Assembly: GCF_039654945.1 (NCBI RefSeq)
Contig: NW_027361696.1
Location: 12,648,001 to 12,712,000 of the forward strand
Length of the DNA stretch: 64,000 nucleotides
DNA from: Dendrobates tinctorius
Taxonomy: Eukaryota
Direction of reading: 5' to 3'
Numbering within the stretch: the stretch's first letter is position 1; each line of letters starts with the position of its first letter. The position numbers and the translations under genes were made by a program. The notes under the pieces are model-generated. The model was not told where the DNA came from and made no database searches. It was given only the letters and a program-made list of their open reading frames with translations. Shown here piece by piece: positions 1 through 11,563 of the stretch.

Positions 1-262
1 GATGATGGGAATACTACTTTCCCCTCATCCGCTAATGCTGCCACTGTAGTGCGCATAGCTGGATCGGACCATACCCGCACAGGCCCCGATCAGCCCGGCA
101 GAGCCCGCACACACACAGCCCCACAGACCCCCCGCACACATTCTCCGCCCATTACTCGCATTTCCATAGACATACATTAGACTCGTTACGAGTACCCGAG
201 TATTAGGAGCTATTCGTAACAAGTACAGCGAGTCCGAGTATTTCACTACTCCGTCATCCCTA
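1..262. mobile_element. Right end of a non-autonomous hAT-type MITE (left part outside window)
   Basis: Ends in ...actccgtcatcccta, resembling the reverse complement of a TAGGGATGAGCGAGTA-type TIR. Sub-terminal actcg/cgagt repeats lie at 181-240. Confidence 0.35.
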
Positions 263-719
263 GTCAGCGCATCTTCAAAATGGCTCTTGGGAAGGGGGGC
301 TGTATGCGGCTGGGGATTCTTCATTGTGCAGTCGGCATATTTGTGGGGTGTTCCTGTGTACGTCGTGGTTTTTCTGGGGTGTCCTCGTGTGGTGGGTCTT
401 CTTGGGAATTCCTGTTTGTGGACATCTAGGGTGTCCCCTTGGGTGGGCAGGATACTTCTGGGGATTCCTCATTGGGAGGTGTTCTGCCGGGGTCTTCTTC
501 AGTGTTAGGGGTCCCCTTATGCGGCTGGGTTCTGGCCCAATGTACGTATTCAGAAATGAGCGCTGGCTGCTGACCTTACTTGTGGAAACTTCCCAGAATA
601 GAGATCTCTATGGTTGTTCCAGGCAGATTGCTTTGAGCGCCGCCCGATGCTCAAAGCACAGCAGTAAATCTGCTTCATATGGGCGATCTGCTCATCGCCC
701 ATATGTAGCAGAGCCGATA

Positions 720-1538
720 GGGTTGCGCATGCTTCTAGCCTCCTATGGAGGCTATTGAAGCATGCCAAAAGTAAAAAAAAAAAAAAAAATTCAAAAATAA
801 AAAAACCTAAACATTGAAATCCCCTTTTCGCCCCATCAAAATAAAACAATAAAAAAAAAAAAAAAAAAATCACACATACACATATTAGGTATCTCCATGT
901 TCAGAATCGCCCGATCTATAAATAAAGCATTAACCCAATCGCTAAACGGCGTAGCGAGAAAAAAATTCAAAACGCCAGGATTGCGTTTTTTGGTCGCCAC
1001 GACATTGCATTAAAATGCAATAACGGGCAATCAATAGAACATATCTGCATCAAAATGGTATCATTAAAAATATCACCTCGGCCTGCAAAAAATAAGCCCT
1101 CACCCGACCCCAGATCACAAAAAATGGAGACGCTACAGGTCTCAGAAAATTGCGCAATTTTTTTTTAAGCAAACTTTGAATTTTTTTTTCACCATTTAGA
1201 TAAAACAGAACCTAGACATGTTTGGTGTCTATGAACTCGTAATGACCTGGAGAATCATAATGGTGGGTCACTTTTTGCATTTCTTGAACCTAGCAAAAAA
1301 GCCAAGCAAAAAAAAACAAGTGTGGGATTGCACTTTTTTTGCAATTTCACCGCACTTGGAATTTTTTTTCCCGTTTTCGAGTACATGATATGGTAAAACC
1401 AATAATGTCGTTCAAAAGTACAACTCATCCCGTAAAAAATAAGCCCTCACATGGCAATATTGACAAAAAATAAAAAAGTTATGGCTCTGGAAAATGGGGA
1501 GCGGAAAACGAAAAAAACTCTGGTCATGAAGGGGTTAA
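720..1538. mobile_element. Right part of a non-autonomous piggyBac-like DNA element
   Basis: A-rich non-coding body ending in ...tcatgaagggg (1534) followed by TTAA (1535-1538), i.e. a TTAA|CCC-type terminus. The left boundary was not resolved. Confidence 0.5.
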
Positions 1539-1599
1539 CGGTTTGGTTGGTGGCGTACTGGAAGAAGGGGTTGCATTATATGGGGGTTAACAACAAGCT

Positions 1600-2400
1600 A
1601 TTTGCAGCACGCAAGCGGGCGCACTTTACGGCCACTCAGCTTCCGCTCCCTGTTGCCATGGAGATAACGTCTCGCACGTCGGCGGGCGCGGTCACGTGGA
1701 GGGGGCGTGTCCTGCATTGGAGACAGCGCGCGCTACGGAGCAGTCACTATTCTCCGGTGTTTGAGGTGAGCGCTGCGGCCGCTGTGTGCAGTGCGGGTAG
1801 AGAGGGCCCGTGGACCGGTGATGGGAGGGAGACGCTGAGCAGCCGCCGCCGCCGCCATTGTGTTTCTGGGGGAGGGGGCAGACGCCATGTTCAGTATCCA
1901 GACGACAGCGATGTCGGTAGCTGTTTGGCCGCGGGCATGACGTGTGTCACCGGGGGGTTGAGGTGCCTGCAGCCGTAGGTCCTCCCTCCGGGCCCTCACT
2001 GTGGCCCTATTCTCGCGGTCCCCGCATCTCCCTCGTCGCGCAGGCGCAGATCCCGCCCTTCATTGCTGTCGGTTTAAAAGATGCTGCGGTCGCTGATTGG
2101 CTGCCCGAGTCCCCGCCCACCGAATGCTGCCTCTTTGTTTTGTGTTTTCGTCTCCCGCTTTTCGCTGGGCGCTGATTGGCTGCTGTGACCGCGCTCGGTC
2201 TGTGATTGGCTGCAGGAAATGTGAGTGAGTGCACGGCGCTTCCCATCCCCCAGTGCGGCGTCTGCTCTGTGTTACCGACCGGACCCAGAGCGAGTGGCCC
2301 TGCGACCACCGGCCGTGCAGGAGTGCGATAGGCGCCCCTCCCCCGCAGGGTGACCCCCGGTCTCTGACTCGTCCTTCTCTGTATAGCAGGTAGCAGAGAT
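1600..2400 (+). promoter_or_regulatory. hp1bp3: CpG-island promoter and non-coding first exon(s) of hp1bp3
   Basis: CpG-rich region with X-box-like GTTGCCATGGAGAT (1652-1665), E-box GTCACGTG (1691-1698) and reverse CCAAT boxes (gattgg near 2095, 2174, 2205). A probable first-exon donor GAG|GTGAGC is at 1765/1766. Confidence 0.65.
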
Positions 2401-2406
2401 CTCACC

Positions 2407-5316
2407 ATGCCGATCCGACGCTCCGTCAATTCCTCCACCCAGGAATCCGCTCCAAAGAGCCGCACCGCCGCGGAGAGCGAGGACAAGAAGGCAGGTAATG
2501 TGTGGGGGCAGGGCCGCGGGGCCAGCGTCCTCCCTCTGCAGCGCTCACCTCTCTCCTCCCGCAGAGGCTGATGCCAGCTCCGAGGAGTCCGCGTCCACCG
2601 GAGAGGAGCAGGAGACTCCCCCGGCTACATCCAGCGAGACCGAGCAGCCGAAGGAGGCCGAGGCCAACGAGGAGAAGGCGGCCGAGGGTGCGGTGAGCGA
2701 GGACGCCAAGAAAGAGTGAGTACGGCGGGGAGGTGGGCGAGGGAGAGTCCGGGCGCGCCACGCTGACCCCCTCCTTGTGTCTCAGGGGCGACAAGGAGCA
2801 GGCCAAGGAGAAGAAGGTGAAGAAGACCATCCCCTCATGGGCCACTTTATCTGCCAGCCAGCTGGCCCGGGCACAGAAGCAGACACACATGGCCTCCTCC
2901 TCCCGCCCCAAGATGGATGAGATCCTGACCGAAGCCATTAAGGTAGGAGGCACTGAAATATACATGGTGTGGAAAAGTATGTGCCCCTTGCTGTGTGCAG
3001 AGTGATGTGTCTCGGGAGGGCTTCTTTATGGTGCCAGCAGAGGCCTGTGTAACGCTGCTTCTCCCATGCAGGCCTGTTTCCAGAAGACTGGGGCGTCTGT
3101 TGTGGCAATTCGAAAGTACATAATCAGCAAGTATCCTTCTCTAGAGCTGGAGAAGAGGGGCTACCTGCTGAAGCAGTCACTAAAGAGGGCGCTGCAGCGA
3201 GGAAACATCCGCCAGGTCAGACTGCGTGGTGGTGGGGGACGGAGACTCCGCTGAGACCTCAGCCTCAATCTTCCGTGTCTTTTCTCTAGGTGAAGGGGAA
3301 GGGCGCGTCCGGCAGCTTTGTGGTCGTGTCCAACTCCTCCAAATCTGCGTCCAAGTCCCGGGACAAGAAGGTGGGCAGAGCGGCTGGTGGTCGGAGAGGG
3401 GCCGGTGTGGGGGCTCCTTCTGACTTCACATTCTTTTTATTTCTGACAGAAGAGTAGCTCTGCAGCCGGAGATCAGCCCAACGTCAAGCTGGAGGACATC
3501 CTGCCACTGGCCTTCACCAGACTGTGTGAGCCCAAGGAAGCGTCGTACAGTCTGATCAAGAAATACGTGTCCCAGTATTACCCCAAGCTCAAGGTGGAAG
3601 TGAGGTGAGACCAGCCCCACTCATCTTATACAGAGTGTTCTGTCTGCAGAGCATTGCACTGATGTGACTTGTATATTGCAGGCCTCAGCTCCTGAAGAAC
3701 GCTCTGCAGAGGGCCGTGGAGAAGGGTCAGCTGGAGCAGATCACAGGAAAGGGAGCTTCTGGCACATTCCAGGTCAGTCTTCCCGACCCAACCGATTTGT
3801 GTGGAGCGCCAGCACATGTCGGAAAGCTCACGTGTCTTGTGCACTGTTTGGTAGCTCCCTACCTTACAAATCGTATAGTTCCTGCGTTTCGTGCATCCGG
3901 TACGTGTCATATAGGTCTTGTACATTGAGCCATTGGCACGTGGCAGCGGGCTCCCGCTTGCTGCTTATGCAATGTTCATATTCCTTGAATTAATAGATTT
4001 CGCTCGCTGCAGTGTTAGTACTTCGGGTTAGGCTTTGCTCTGTGATGGGTAGTTCGGCTGTTTTTGATTATCGGGATCCCTATTATGTGTTTACCGCAGG
4101 TAAAAACACATTTAAGAACAATGCTGCAGCTCCCAAACATCGTCATTTTTCACCCAGTGAGTGGATGTCACTAGGCTGTCGGAACTACGCCAGTGAGTGG
4201 ATGTCACTAGGCTGTCGGCTTCCGTAGTTCCCAGCAGTTTGTTGGCTCTGTCTCTGATCAGTCACCAATGACCCATCACTGCATTGCTGATGTTGGGCCT
4301 TGCAGTATGGTCACATTAGTCAGGTCGGGCGCCTCCTAGGTGGAGACTCCAGGTGTTTACCGAGACTTTCCTCTGTCTTGCAGCTGAAGCGAGCAGGAGA
4401 TAAGCCCCTTCTGAGTGGAGGAGGATTTGAGGATGCCATCCTGTCTGCCATCACGGCCATGAACGAGCCTAAGACCTGCTCCACCACTGCGATCAAGAAA
4501 TATGTGCTGGAGAACCACCCTGGGGTGAACTCCAGCTTCCAGGGTGAGGCAGGGTCCCCAGCGCTGCCCCCTGTAGGCTGGCCACCCCCCATGCGGCTGA
4601 TCCAGATCACTGTTTTGGCTTTCTTCCCTCAGTTCATCTGCTGAAGAGAACCCTGCAGAAGTGTGAGAAGAATGGCTGGATGGAGCAGATCTCCGGGAAG
4701 GGCTTCAGTGGCACATACCAGCTCAGCTTTCCATATTACCCCAGGTGCGAGCACTGTACACTACATGCCATGTGTCTGGTTCCTGCAGCAGTACCCTTCA
4801 CAACGTCTCTTCCCACAGTCCCATCATACTGTTTCCGGATAAGGCAAGTGAAGAAGAGGAGGAGGAAGAGTCCGACAACGAGTCAGAAGAGTCTGAAGAA
4901 GAAGAGTCTGAGGAGGAATCTGAGGATGAGGAGCCCCCTCCCAAGAGGAGGTGAGTGGAACCCATGCTGTGATGGGGGATCAGTAGGCATACACTGGGAT
5001 GTTAATAGGACCTGTGTTCCTTATTGTATTCAGGATGCAGAAGAAGGCAGCTCCATCTAAATCTAGGTCCAGAGCCCCCCCACCTAAAGCCAAGAAGGCG
5101 GCTCCAGCCCCCCGAGGCAAAGCAAGAAGCGCTCCCAAAAAGGCTCCAGCACCACCTCCCTCTAAAGCTAAGAAGGGAAAAACTGCTCCCCCACCTCCCC
5201 CTGCCAAAAAAACAGCCAGCCGGGTGTCCAAGAAGCCGGCCCCTGCAAAAAAAGCTGTAAAGCCTGCCGCAAAAGGCAAATCCAGCCCGAGGAAATCGCT
5301 GCGGTCCAGGAAGTGA
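2407..5316 (+). CDS. hp1bp3: Heterochromatin protein 1-binding protein 3 (three H15 linker-histone domains, acidic stretch, basic tail), 517 aa, spliced
   Basis: Coding exons 2407-2494, 2565-2715, 2786-2942, 3072-3215, 3290-3370, 3450-3604, 3682-3772, 4384-4543, 4633-4744, 4819-4950, 5034-5316. All introns are GT-AG with consistent phases, totalling 1554 nt. Peptides MPIRRSVNS, KKTIPSWATLSASQLARAQKQ, KGKGASGSF, LEQITGKGASGTFQ, MNEPKTCSTT and EQISGKGFSGTYQL match vertebrate HP1BP3. The PxVxL motif PNVKL is at 3477-3491. Confidence 0.97.
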
Positions 5317-6103
5317 GCCGGGTGCAGAAATGGGGGGCCCCCCGTGACAACAGCCAGGAGAAAGAAGCCGTTCCCGTGGTGTATTTCCAGGAAGAGCCAC
5401 TTTTTTAAAAATTTTGTTCATTTCCTCCTTGATTTCCGAGATGGTGCCACGTTCACACATCTTTTTGGTATAGCCGTAGCCGCCGTGCACCCCTGCCCTT
5501 CACCATTGTCCTTTTTGACTGAAGCCGGCAATGATCCACTTCAGTTTTCTCCCTCATACGGTTTCTGGTTGTGTAAATGATGAGAAATCCATGTCAATGT
5601 TGAGCATTATTTAACTGAACGTCGAGTCCCTTTTTTCTGCAGGAAATCCCGTGTTTTTGTTCCTTGGGTAGAGCTGATCGCTGGGCGCTCCTTCTGGATC
5701 CGTTAGTAGGGCACAGACATATGATTTGGACGGTGCTGACTTAGTGCGGTGTAGGAGACAGAGAAATCTGAGCTCTTCCACCATCAGGTGAGCCACTAGT
5801 GAGGCTGTGCTGGGTCGGGGCTGAGCGGCTCGCCTCTGACCCGTCTTCCTGACCAGAGGGGCGGCGTGTTGTGCCCTCCCGCAATATATGGCTTCCAGCA
5901 CACGCGCCTGTCCGTCGTCCTCACACTCTCAGCTATTGGCCCCTGTAGATCACACATCAGTGAATATAGACGTAGCATGTTGTACAGGATCCAACCTTTT
6001 TTATTTTAAAGCCGATTGTGTCTTTATTTTAATGTTTGCCATTTTGTAAAGACTTGGGTGCGGATAGATGACGTGAATCTATGGGAATTCTGCTGTTTGC
6101 TAC

Positions 6104-6109
6104 AATAAA
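6104..6109 (+). terminator. hp1bp3: Probable hp1bp3 polyadenylation signal
   Basis: AATAAA about 790 bp after the stop codon, followed by GT-rich sequence. Confidence 0.65.
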
Positions 6110-6655
6110 GACTAGATTCTGCTAGGACATGGTGTTGTCGTTCTTCTGGCCGTCACACCTGCTAAGAGCAATCCCACATGAGCATTTGTCTGCGGTTTTA
6201 TTTCAATGCAAATCGGTGGGGGTCAGGTCCTAAGCCCCCTATCTGTACTGGGGTGAGTTCTGTGCTCTTCGGTCTCATCAGCTTTGCATGGCTCCAGCCT
6301 TGGGAGGGATCTCTGGGGGTCTTCAGACTCCCATTAACCTGCGGGCAATTTTATAGCGCTGTGTCAGGTCAGGACTTACAATTACTGCTTTGGTTCAGAG
6401 ACCACAGAGGGAGAGAGAAATCAATTCATAAATATAGAAGAAATGACCTGGAAAGAGCCACGGGACGCCGGACTCGGCTCCATATACTGCACCCAGCATG
6501 GAGATTACGTGAGGGTCTGGGGATGTGGTCCGGCCTTGTGTCGTAGGCAGGGATGATAGGAGTGCTATCGGGGAAGTAACACTACTGTACAGGGGTCTCT
6601 GCATTGTAAGGATCGGTGCTCCATGGAGTGACAGGTTGACCAACACCATGAGGAA

Positions 6656-6793
6656 TAGAGTTAAGCGAATGTTTCAATATTCGGTTCTGATTACGTTTGG
6701 CAGCGAATATGGTTTTTGCAATATCCGCCAAAGACATAAGTTTGGCACGTTCGGATTCAGCGATTTATTTCCGAACATAGTCGCTCAACTTTA
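6656..6793. mobile_element. 138-bp hAT-type MITE
   Basis: TIRs TAGAGTTAAGCGA / TCGCTCAACTTTA. The 8-bp TSD is atgaggaa (6648-6655) / gtgaggaa (6794-6801), a 7/8 match. Confidence 0.75.
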
Positions 6794-7149
6794 GTGAGGA
6801 ACCTGCTACTTACGTGACATTGAGGGTCTGCGCTCTGCATTTGTTCCCGGTGGTCAATGGGCAAGTCTGCAGCGACGAGTGCAGGGCCACTATGGCTCAC
6901 ACACCTTATGCTGTATTCCTGTACATTTATACTAGAGATTAGGTGCACGCTGATGTATTATTGAGGCCGCAGGGTGTAATGAGCACCACCTCATGGCTCT
7001 GAACACAGCAAAAAGCTGTGGACTGGTTACGTCGTGAGCAGAAATTTCCCTGCAGAGAGGATAAGTGAGATTGGTACTGGGGGCAGCTGGATACAGGCTG
7101 AGACTTAACTGGATGAAGTTCCCTCTGTCCTGCACGAGGAGGGGTATAA

Positions 7150-8716
7150 TACACCTGGGGAGGCAGCAAACAGACAGGCTCATTAGCACGGGCAAGATGA
7201 TGGCCAGCTGTGTCCGATGTGACCCTCAGACAGCCACAAGGTAAATTTCAGGCATCCGTATATATATGACAGATGTGCGTTGTGTGTGGGATATTCTCAG
7301 TACAGACGTGTGGTGTTTTCAGTACAGATGTGTGCGTCGTGTTCTCAGTATGGACGTGTGGTTTATGCAGCGTTCTCGGTACAGACTTGCAATGTGAACG
7401 GCGTACTCCGTACAGACGTGCAGTGTGTGCGGCTTCGCTGTACAGACATGTGGTGTGAGCGGCGTTTCGGTACAGATGTGGGGGGGGTGTGGCGTTTTTC
7501 GTACAGACGTGTGGTGTGTGAGCGGTGTTCTCAGTACAGACGTGCTGTGCACGTGGCGTTCAGTACAGCTGTGCGGTGTGTGCAGTGTTCTCAGTACAGA
7601 TGTGCAGTATTAGACGTGTGTCCATATGGCGTTCTCCGTACAGATGTGCTGTGTGTGCGCGCGGCGACCTCAGTACAGATGTGCGGTGTGTGCAGCCTTC
7701 TCAGTACAGATGTGGTGTGCACGGTGTTCACCTGGGCAGGCAGCAAACAGAGAGGCTCATTGCCACGATCATGGGCAAGAAGACGGCCAGCCGTGTCCGA
7801 TGTGACCCTCAGACGACCACTAGGTAACTTTCAGGCATACGTTATAGGTATGAAGGATAGATGTGCGTTGTGTGTGGGACATTCTCAGTACAGACATGCG
7901 GTGTATGTGGTGTTCTCGGTACAAACGTGCGGTGTGTCTGTGGCATTCTCCATACAGATGTAGGGTGGGAGCGGTGTTCTCTACAGACGTGCTTGTTATG
8001 TGTGGTGTTCTCCATACAGACCTGCTGTGTCTGTGCGACGTCCTCGGTACAGATGTGGGGTGTACGTGCCGTTCTTGGTACAGACATGCGGTGTATATGG
8101 CATTCTCAGTACAAACATGCAATTTGTGCGGCGTACTCTGAAAAGACGTGCGGTGTATGTGGCGTTCTCCATACAGATGTAGGGTGGGAGCGGTGTTCTC
8201 TACAGACGTGCTTGTTATGTGTGGAGTTCTCCATACAGACCTGCTGTGTGTGTGCGACGTCCTCGGTACTGATGTTCTTGGTACAGACATGCGGTGTATA
8301 TGGCATTCTCAGTACAAACATGCAATTTGAGCGGCGTACTCTGTACAGACGTGCGGTGTATGTGGCGTTCTCCATACAGCTGTGTGCAGTGTTCTCAGTA
8401 CAGATGTGCAGTGTGAGCGATGTTCTCATTACAGAGGTGTGCGTGTCTGGCGTTCTCCGTACAGACATGCTGTGTGTGTGTGTGCACGGCGTTCTCAGTA
8501 CAGACGTGTGGTGTGTGCAGCCTTCTCAGTACAGACATGTGGGATGTACAGTGTGTGCGATGTTCACCTGGGCAGGCAGAAAACAGAGGCTCATCGCCAC
8601 GATCATGAGCAAGAAGACGGCCAGCCGTGTCTGATGTGCCCCCGAGACGACCACTAGGTAAATTTCAGGCATTATATATATATAAGGACAGATGTGCGGT
8701 GTGTACAGCGTTCTCA
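7150..8716. repeat. GT-rich minisatellite (about 30-36-bp unit gtacagacgtgcggtgtgtgtggcgttctca), left half, with higher-order blocks
   Basis: Dozens of degenerate units. An approximately 120-bp non-satellite block recurs at about 7152, 7727 and 8564. Confidence 0.9.
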
Positions 8717-10145
8717 CAAAAAAGTTGAAAAGACATGCTGTAATGGAGATCACCAGAACGATGATAAAGTGCAAAAACACAAAATTGTATTAGAGTATAC
8801 AGAACAAACCAATTTAAAAACAAGAATGCCCAATAGAAAAAGAGGGCACCGCCCCACAGACCTGAGAACAATATACAATAATAGGTTTGGTAATTTGGCA
8901 CCTGATAGAGGATGACTGGGCAAAAAGAAATAAAAATTCACTCCTTGACAAATGGATATAATCACAGTACGGATTAAACAATCAATACATTCATGCAAAA
9001 TAATGTCAAAGAGTGAGTAACCAAATATAAGCCGCTTGTTCTAAAGAACACCAGTTTTCTTAATGTAAACTGTATACAATTTGGATGGCCTCTAATATAA
9101 AGTATAGGGGCTATGTACAAAAAACCTAAACCTCAGATACAGGTGAGTAAAGAAAACAAATACATGACTGAGCTCCCAATGGTGTCAGGCACAATTACAG
9201 TGGAGAAATAGCCTCAATGGGTGCAGGTAATATGCACTATAGTGAAAATATCACTTCTCATCATATAATAGTCATTCCCATACCAAGAAAACACCAACAG
9301 TTGTACAAATGAAAAATCATATATATCAAAGTCTTAGACAATTGGTGCAGCTCTTCTAGGAAATGTCTTAATAAACACCTACAAATATGAGAGCAACCCC
9401 TGCTAGATGTGCCATCACAATAGAAGGAAGGTACCCGCAATACCTATTGAACACGACCAGTGGAAATCTCAGAGTGTCAAGGGTCTGTGGGGCATGAGAG
9501 TCCAACGCGTGTCGCCACACACACTGACTTCGTCATGGGCAAGTGTGACCGCTATTGTATACTCAAGTTTTAAATAAACATACCTAAATTATAAGATCAA
9601 TATCAGCTGTAGAAGATTCAGACCGTCTGCGCATGCGCCAGATACGTGCAAGAGTAACGTCATCATAAACAAAGCCGGCGCTCGTATGTGAAGCTGCGCA
9701 AGCGCATTTAAGTGGAAACAAGGAAACTCATCAAAACTGAGCATGCGTCAGAAATACAACGCAAAGTTCTAAGTACAAAGCACGGTAACCGCACATGCGC
9801 GAGAATATTGATGTCAACATCAGCAGTTACAAATGAACAATGCTCTGCACGGCGCCCACCATATCAATATGATACTAAAAGTGTCGCTGCAGCGCAGTCA
9901 GGAGACCCCTCAGACAGTCCCAAATGGATGATATAGTAGTTAGCATCAAAGTATTAGCTTAAAAAGCCAGGATTACATAGTTATTAATATATCGAAAAGG
10001 TTATTCATCCCTATCAAATTTTAAGGAATGAATATAGATGTCAGATTTCAATAAAGAGCCATCATAGGTCCAGGTGTAACGAAGGACCCCACCTCCATTA
10101 ACCCCAAAGTTCAAAAGATGAAATACAAGTACTAAATAGCCCATG

Positions 10146-10184
<39 letters not shown>

Positions 10185-10810
10185 ACCCACGCGTTAGATC
10201 ACAATATGGAATACTTATGCAATGCATGTAAAAATGCAGCATCTATGTCACGATAAACATAGAAAAATGAAAAATATATAATCACACTGTTATTGACAAA
10301 TCAGTCTATTTATACAATGGTTCCAAAAGGACCTGTTGTGTCAATAGGACACCAACAAGATTGAACTGGTCTAAATGGAACATATCTTGTATATTCACAT
10401 GTACTCAACCATTACGAGAAAAACTTGATTAAGGTTTTTCATGGGGACATATCACGCATCCCATAGGTCAAAATTGGTGCAGATAATTTTTATTTATAGA
10501 GACGGAAGATTTGTATGGAATAACCTACAGCCTATGAGATACTAAAAAAAAGAAAAAGACCATGAAAAGATCTTAATATCGTATGAAAACAACAAACGCG
10601 GTAAGTAGAATCCAATGGAGTTTCAACAATTGCCCAACTATGATAAGGAACCAATGTGCAATAAAGATCCATTAAAAGGGGGGACACCCTGATGTATTAT
10701 TGTTGCCCCATAATAGGAAGTAGGCTGATCTAAAGGTACCACATAATGAATTCACCATATTTGAAATACAATGAAAACGGTAGAACTATTGGAGGAGGTC
10801 ACCAGCTAAT
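8717..10810 (-). mobile_element. Penelope-like retroelement (PLE), long 3' region / pseudo-LTR, left of the ERV
   Basis: AT-rich non-coding region starting abruptly inside the satellite and containing a hammerhead-like motif (9497-9541, minus strand). It appears continuous with the GIY-YIG C-terminus at 20144-20551. A possible TSD is gtacagcgttctca (8703-8716) / gtgcagcgttctca (20552-20565), ambiguous because it lies in satellite. Confidence 0.65.
9497..9541 (-). ncRNA. Degenerate or variant type I hammerhead-like motif (PLE-associated)
   Basis: Minus strand reads ccc ATGACGA a GTCA-gtgtgtg-TGGC GACA CGCG TT gg. Stem II pairs and stem III is the palindrome ACGCGT. The core deviates from canonical (AUGA for CUGA, GACA for GAAA). 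Confidence 0.5.
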
Positions 10811-11543
10811 TGTGAAGAACAATATTCAGATGTACGGGACATCTTGTTCTCAAAGACTCCATCTTTGTGCTTGCGACGCCATCTTGTTATTTACAAGATA
10901 AATTCTGTAACTAGGGTAAAGTTCGCGGCTGTTAGGCCTGTTTCACACTTCCGTTTTTTCAAATCCGTCAAAATCCGTTGTTTTCCGTAAAAAAACGGAT
11001 CCGCCATTTTTTGCAGGATCCGTTTTTTTTGTCCCATAGACTTCCATTACGGTTACCGCGGATCCGTCAAAAAAACGGATCCGTTTTTAAAAAAACGGAT
11101 CCGTTGGCATCAGTTTCCGTCAAAAAAACGGAAACGGATCCGTTTGGCGGACACAAAAACGGAAGTGTGAAACAGGCCTTATGAAACCAGACTGTTCCAG
11201 TCTGAACAAGATATAAGATATGAGACCCTGATGAATGTGCTATTGTTCTACTCTCTATGCTACGTAGATACGGACATATATGTAGTTTCCGGTTTTCTTG
11301 CAATACTATTGGCTTATAAAGTAAATGTGTTACGACGATGCCATTGGTAGTTGTGTACTTTGTATAATTAAGCAAAATACTATAAAAGAGGTGACATAAA
11401 CGGGGTAAGCGATCTGCCTTGATCCTCCCATACAGAGGCACACGTCTCCGTCTGGTCATTCTCAGTTGCTAGCAACACCCTGTGGATTAATTTGGAGATC
11501 TCTTGGTCAACCGTGAAGGGTCACTCTAGATCCTCCCTCGACA
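10811..11543 (+). repeat. ERV 5' LTR (interrupted by a MITE)
   Basis: TGTGAAG...CTCGACA with TATAAAA at 11381-11387. By-eye alignment to the 3' LTR gives 16 substitutions and one 3-bp indel over about 489 bp once the MITE is removed. Confidence 0.95.
10935..11178. mobile_element. 244-bp PIF/Harbinger-type MITE inserted in the 5' LTR
   Basis: TIRs GGCCTGTTTCACACTTCCGTTTT / AAAACGGAAGTGTGAAACAGGCC with 3-bp TSD TTA on both sides. The 3' LTR shows the empty site (ggctgTTAtgaaacc). Confidence 0.92.
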
Positions 11544-11545
11544 GT

Positions 11546-11563
11546 TGGCTGCCCAACGTGGGG
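11546..11563 (+). promoter_or_regulatory. Primer-binding site, tRNA-Lys(CUU)-like
   Basis: TGGCTGCCCAACGTGGGG, 2 nt after the LTR. It matches the tRNA-Lys1,2 PBS TGGCGCCCAACGTGGGG with one inserted T. Confidence 0.85.

Noticed and set aside
270-720. G/T-rich segment with several short ORFs
   Set aside because: No recognisable motifs or termini. It is probably internal TE sequence but cannot be assigned.
1451-2965. ORFs 1451-1978 (+), 2007-2486 (-) and 2426-2965 (-)
   Set aside because: These are CpG-island or antisense read-throughs of the hp1bp3 promoter and exons with no recognisable product.
4155-4218. Short direct duplication (cagtgagtggatgtcactaggctgtcgg) in the longest hp1bp3 intron as a possible snoRNA or regulatory unit
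   Set aside because: It is a simple local duplication with no convincing C/D or H/ACA box arrangement.
11546-11563. tRNA gene
   Set aside because: Only the 18-nt complement of a tRNA-Lys 3' end is present (the PBS), with no cloverleaf. No tRNA or rRNA genes were recognised in the window.
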